Shown: positions 63,826-64,000 of the stretch, one piece after another
How the letters are laid out: every line of letters starts with the position of its first letter
How positions within the stretch are numbered: the first letter of the stretch is position 1
NCBI GenBank assembly: GCA_964016885.1
Contig: OZ024743.1
Span: 371,256,001 to 371,320,000 of the forward strand
Direction: 5' to 3'
Length of the DNA: 64,000 nucleotides
Origin: Eledone cirrhosa
Taxonomy: Eukaryota
Position numbers and translations under genes: made by a program
Notes under the pieces: model-generated
What the model was told of the DNA's origin: nothing
What the model saw: the letters and a program-made list of their open reading frames with translations, nothing else
Database searches by the model: none

Positions 63826-64000
63826 AGTTAAAACAATGAAATAAAAAATCAAGTCATTAGAGATATACTTCACTGCTTTATGATCGTTTCTAGATGATGA
63901 TAATACATTGTAGCTATATTCCGTTATTGATCTATGTAAGGTTAGTTACAAAATCTCAGATAAAGAGAATATTTACTTACATGCATATCACCAGCTGTTT
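63826..64000 (-). mobile_element. Copy of the 13738-13918 pLTR-like arm
   Basis: direct sequence similarity. Confidence 0.8.

Overview
AT-rich eukaryotic animal DNA. The SINE, RTE and (TA)n content suggests an octopus-like cephalopod (inference). One host exon is recognisable: the terminal coding exon of Nup58/NUPL1 (40439-40686, +). No other exon is visible upstream, so the first ~40 kb may be one giant intron. The rest is a nest of mobile elements, most abutting (TA)n tracts: three RTE LINE families with a PHD-type finger after the RT core, a CR1 LINE, a Tx1/L1 LINE with a candidate TSD, a DD37D (maT) transposon, Helitron-like elements, tRNA-derived SINEs and many Penelope-like element (PLE) pieces. 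The ORF track misses an RNA-structure layer. It includes about 17 type I hammerhead ribozyme motifs (intact to degenerate), several in inverted pairs and one in a retrozyme-like unit. It also includes a conserved ACTC...GAGTGCT hairpin near PLE ends, a covarying pseudoknot module in RTE UTRs and a SINE, and an LTR-like segment followed by a 37-nt antisense copy of tRNA-Trp. Everything was read by eye, and TE boundaries are approximate.
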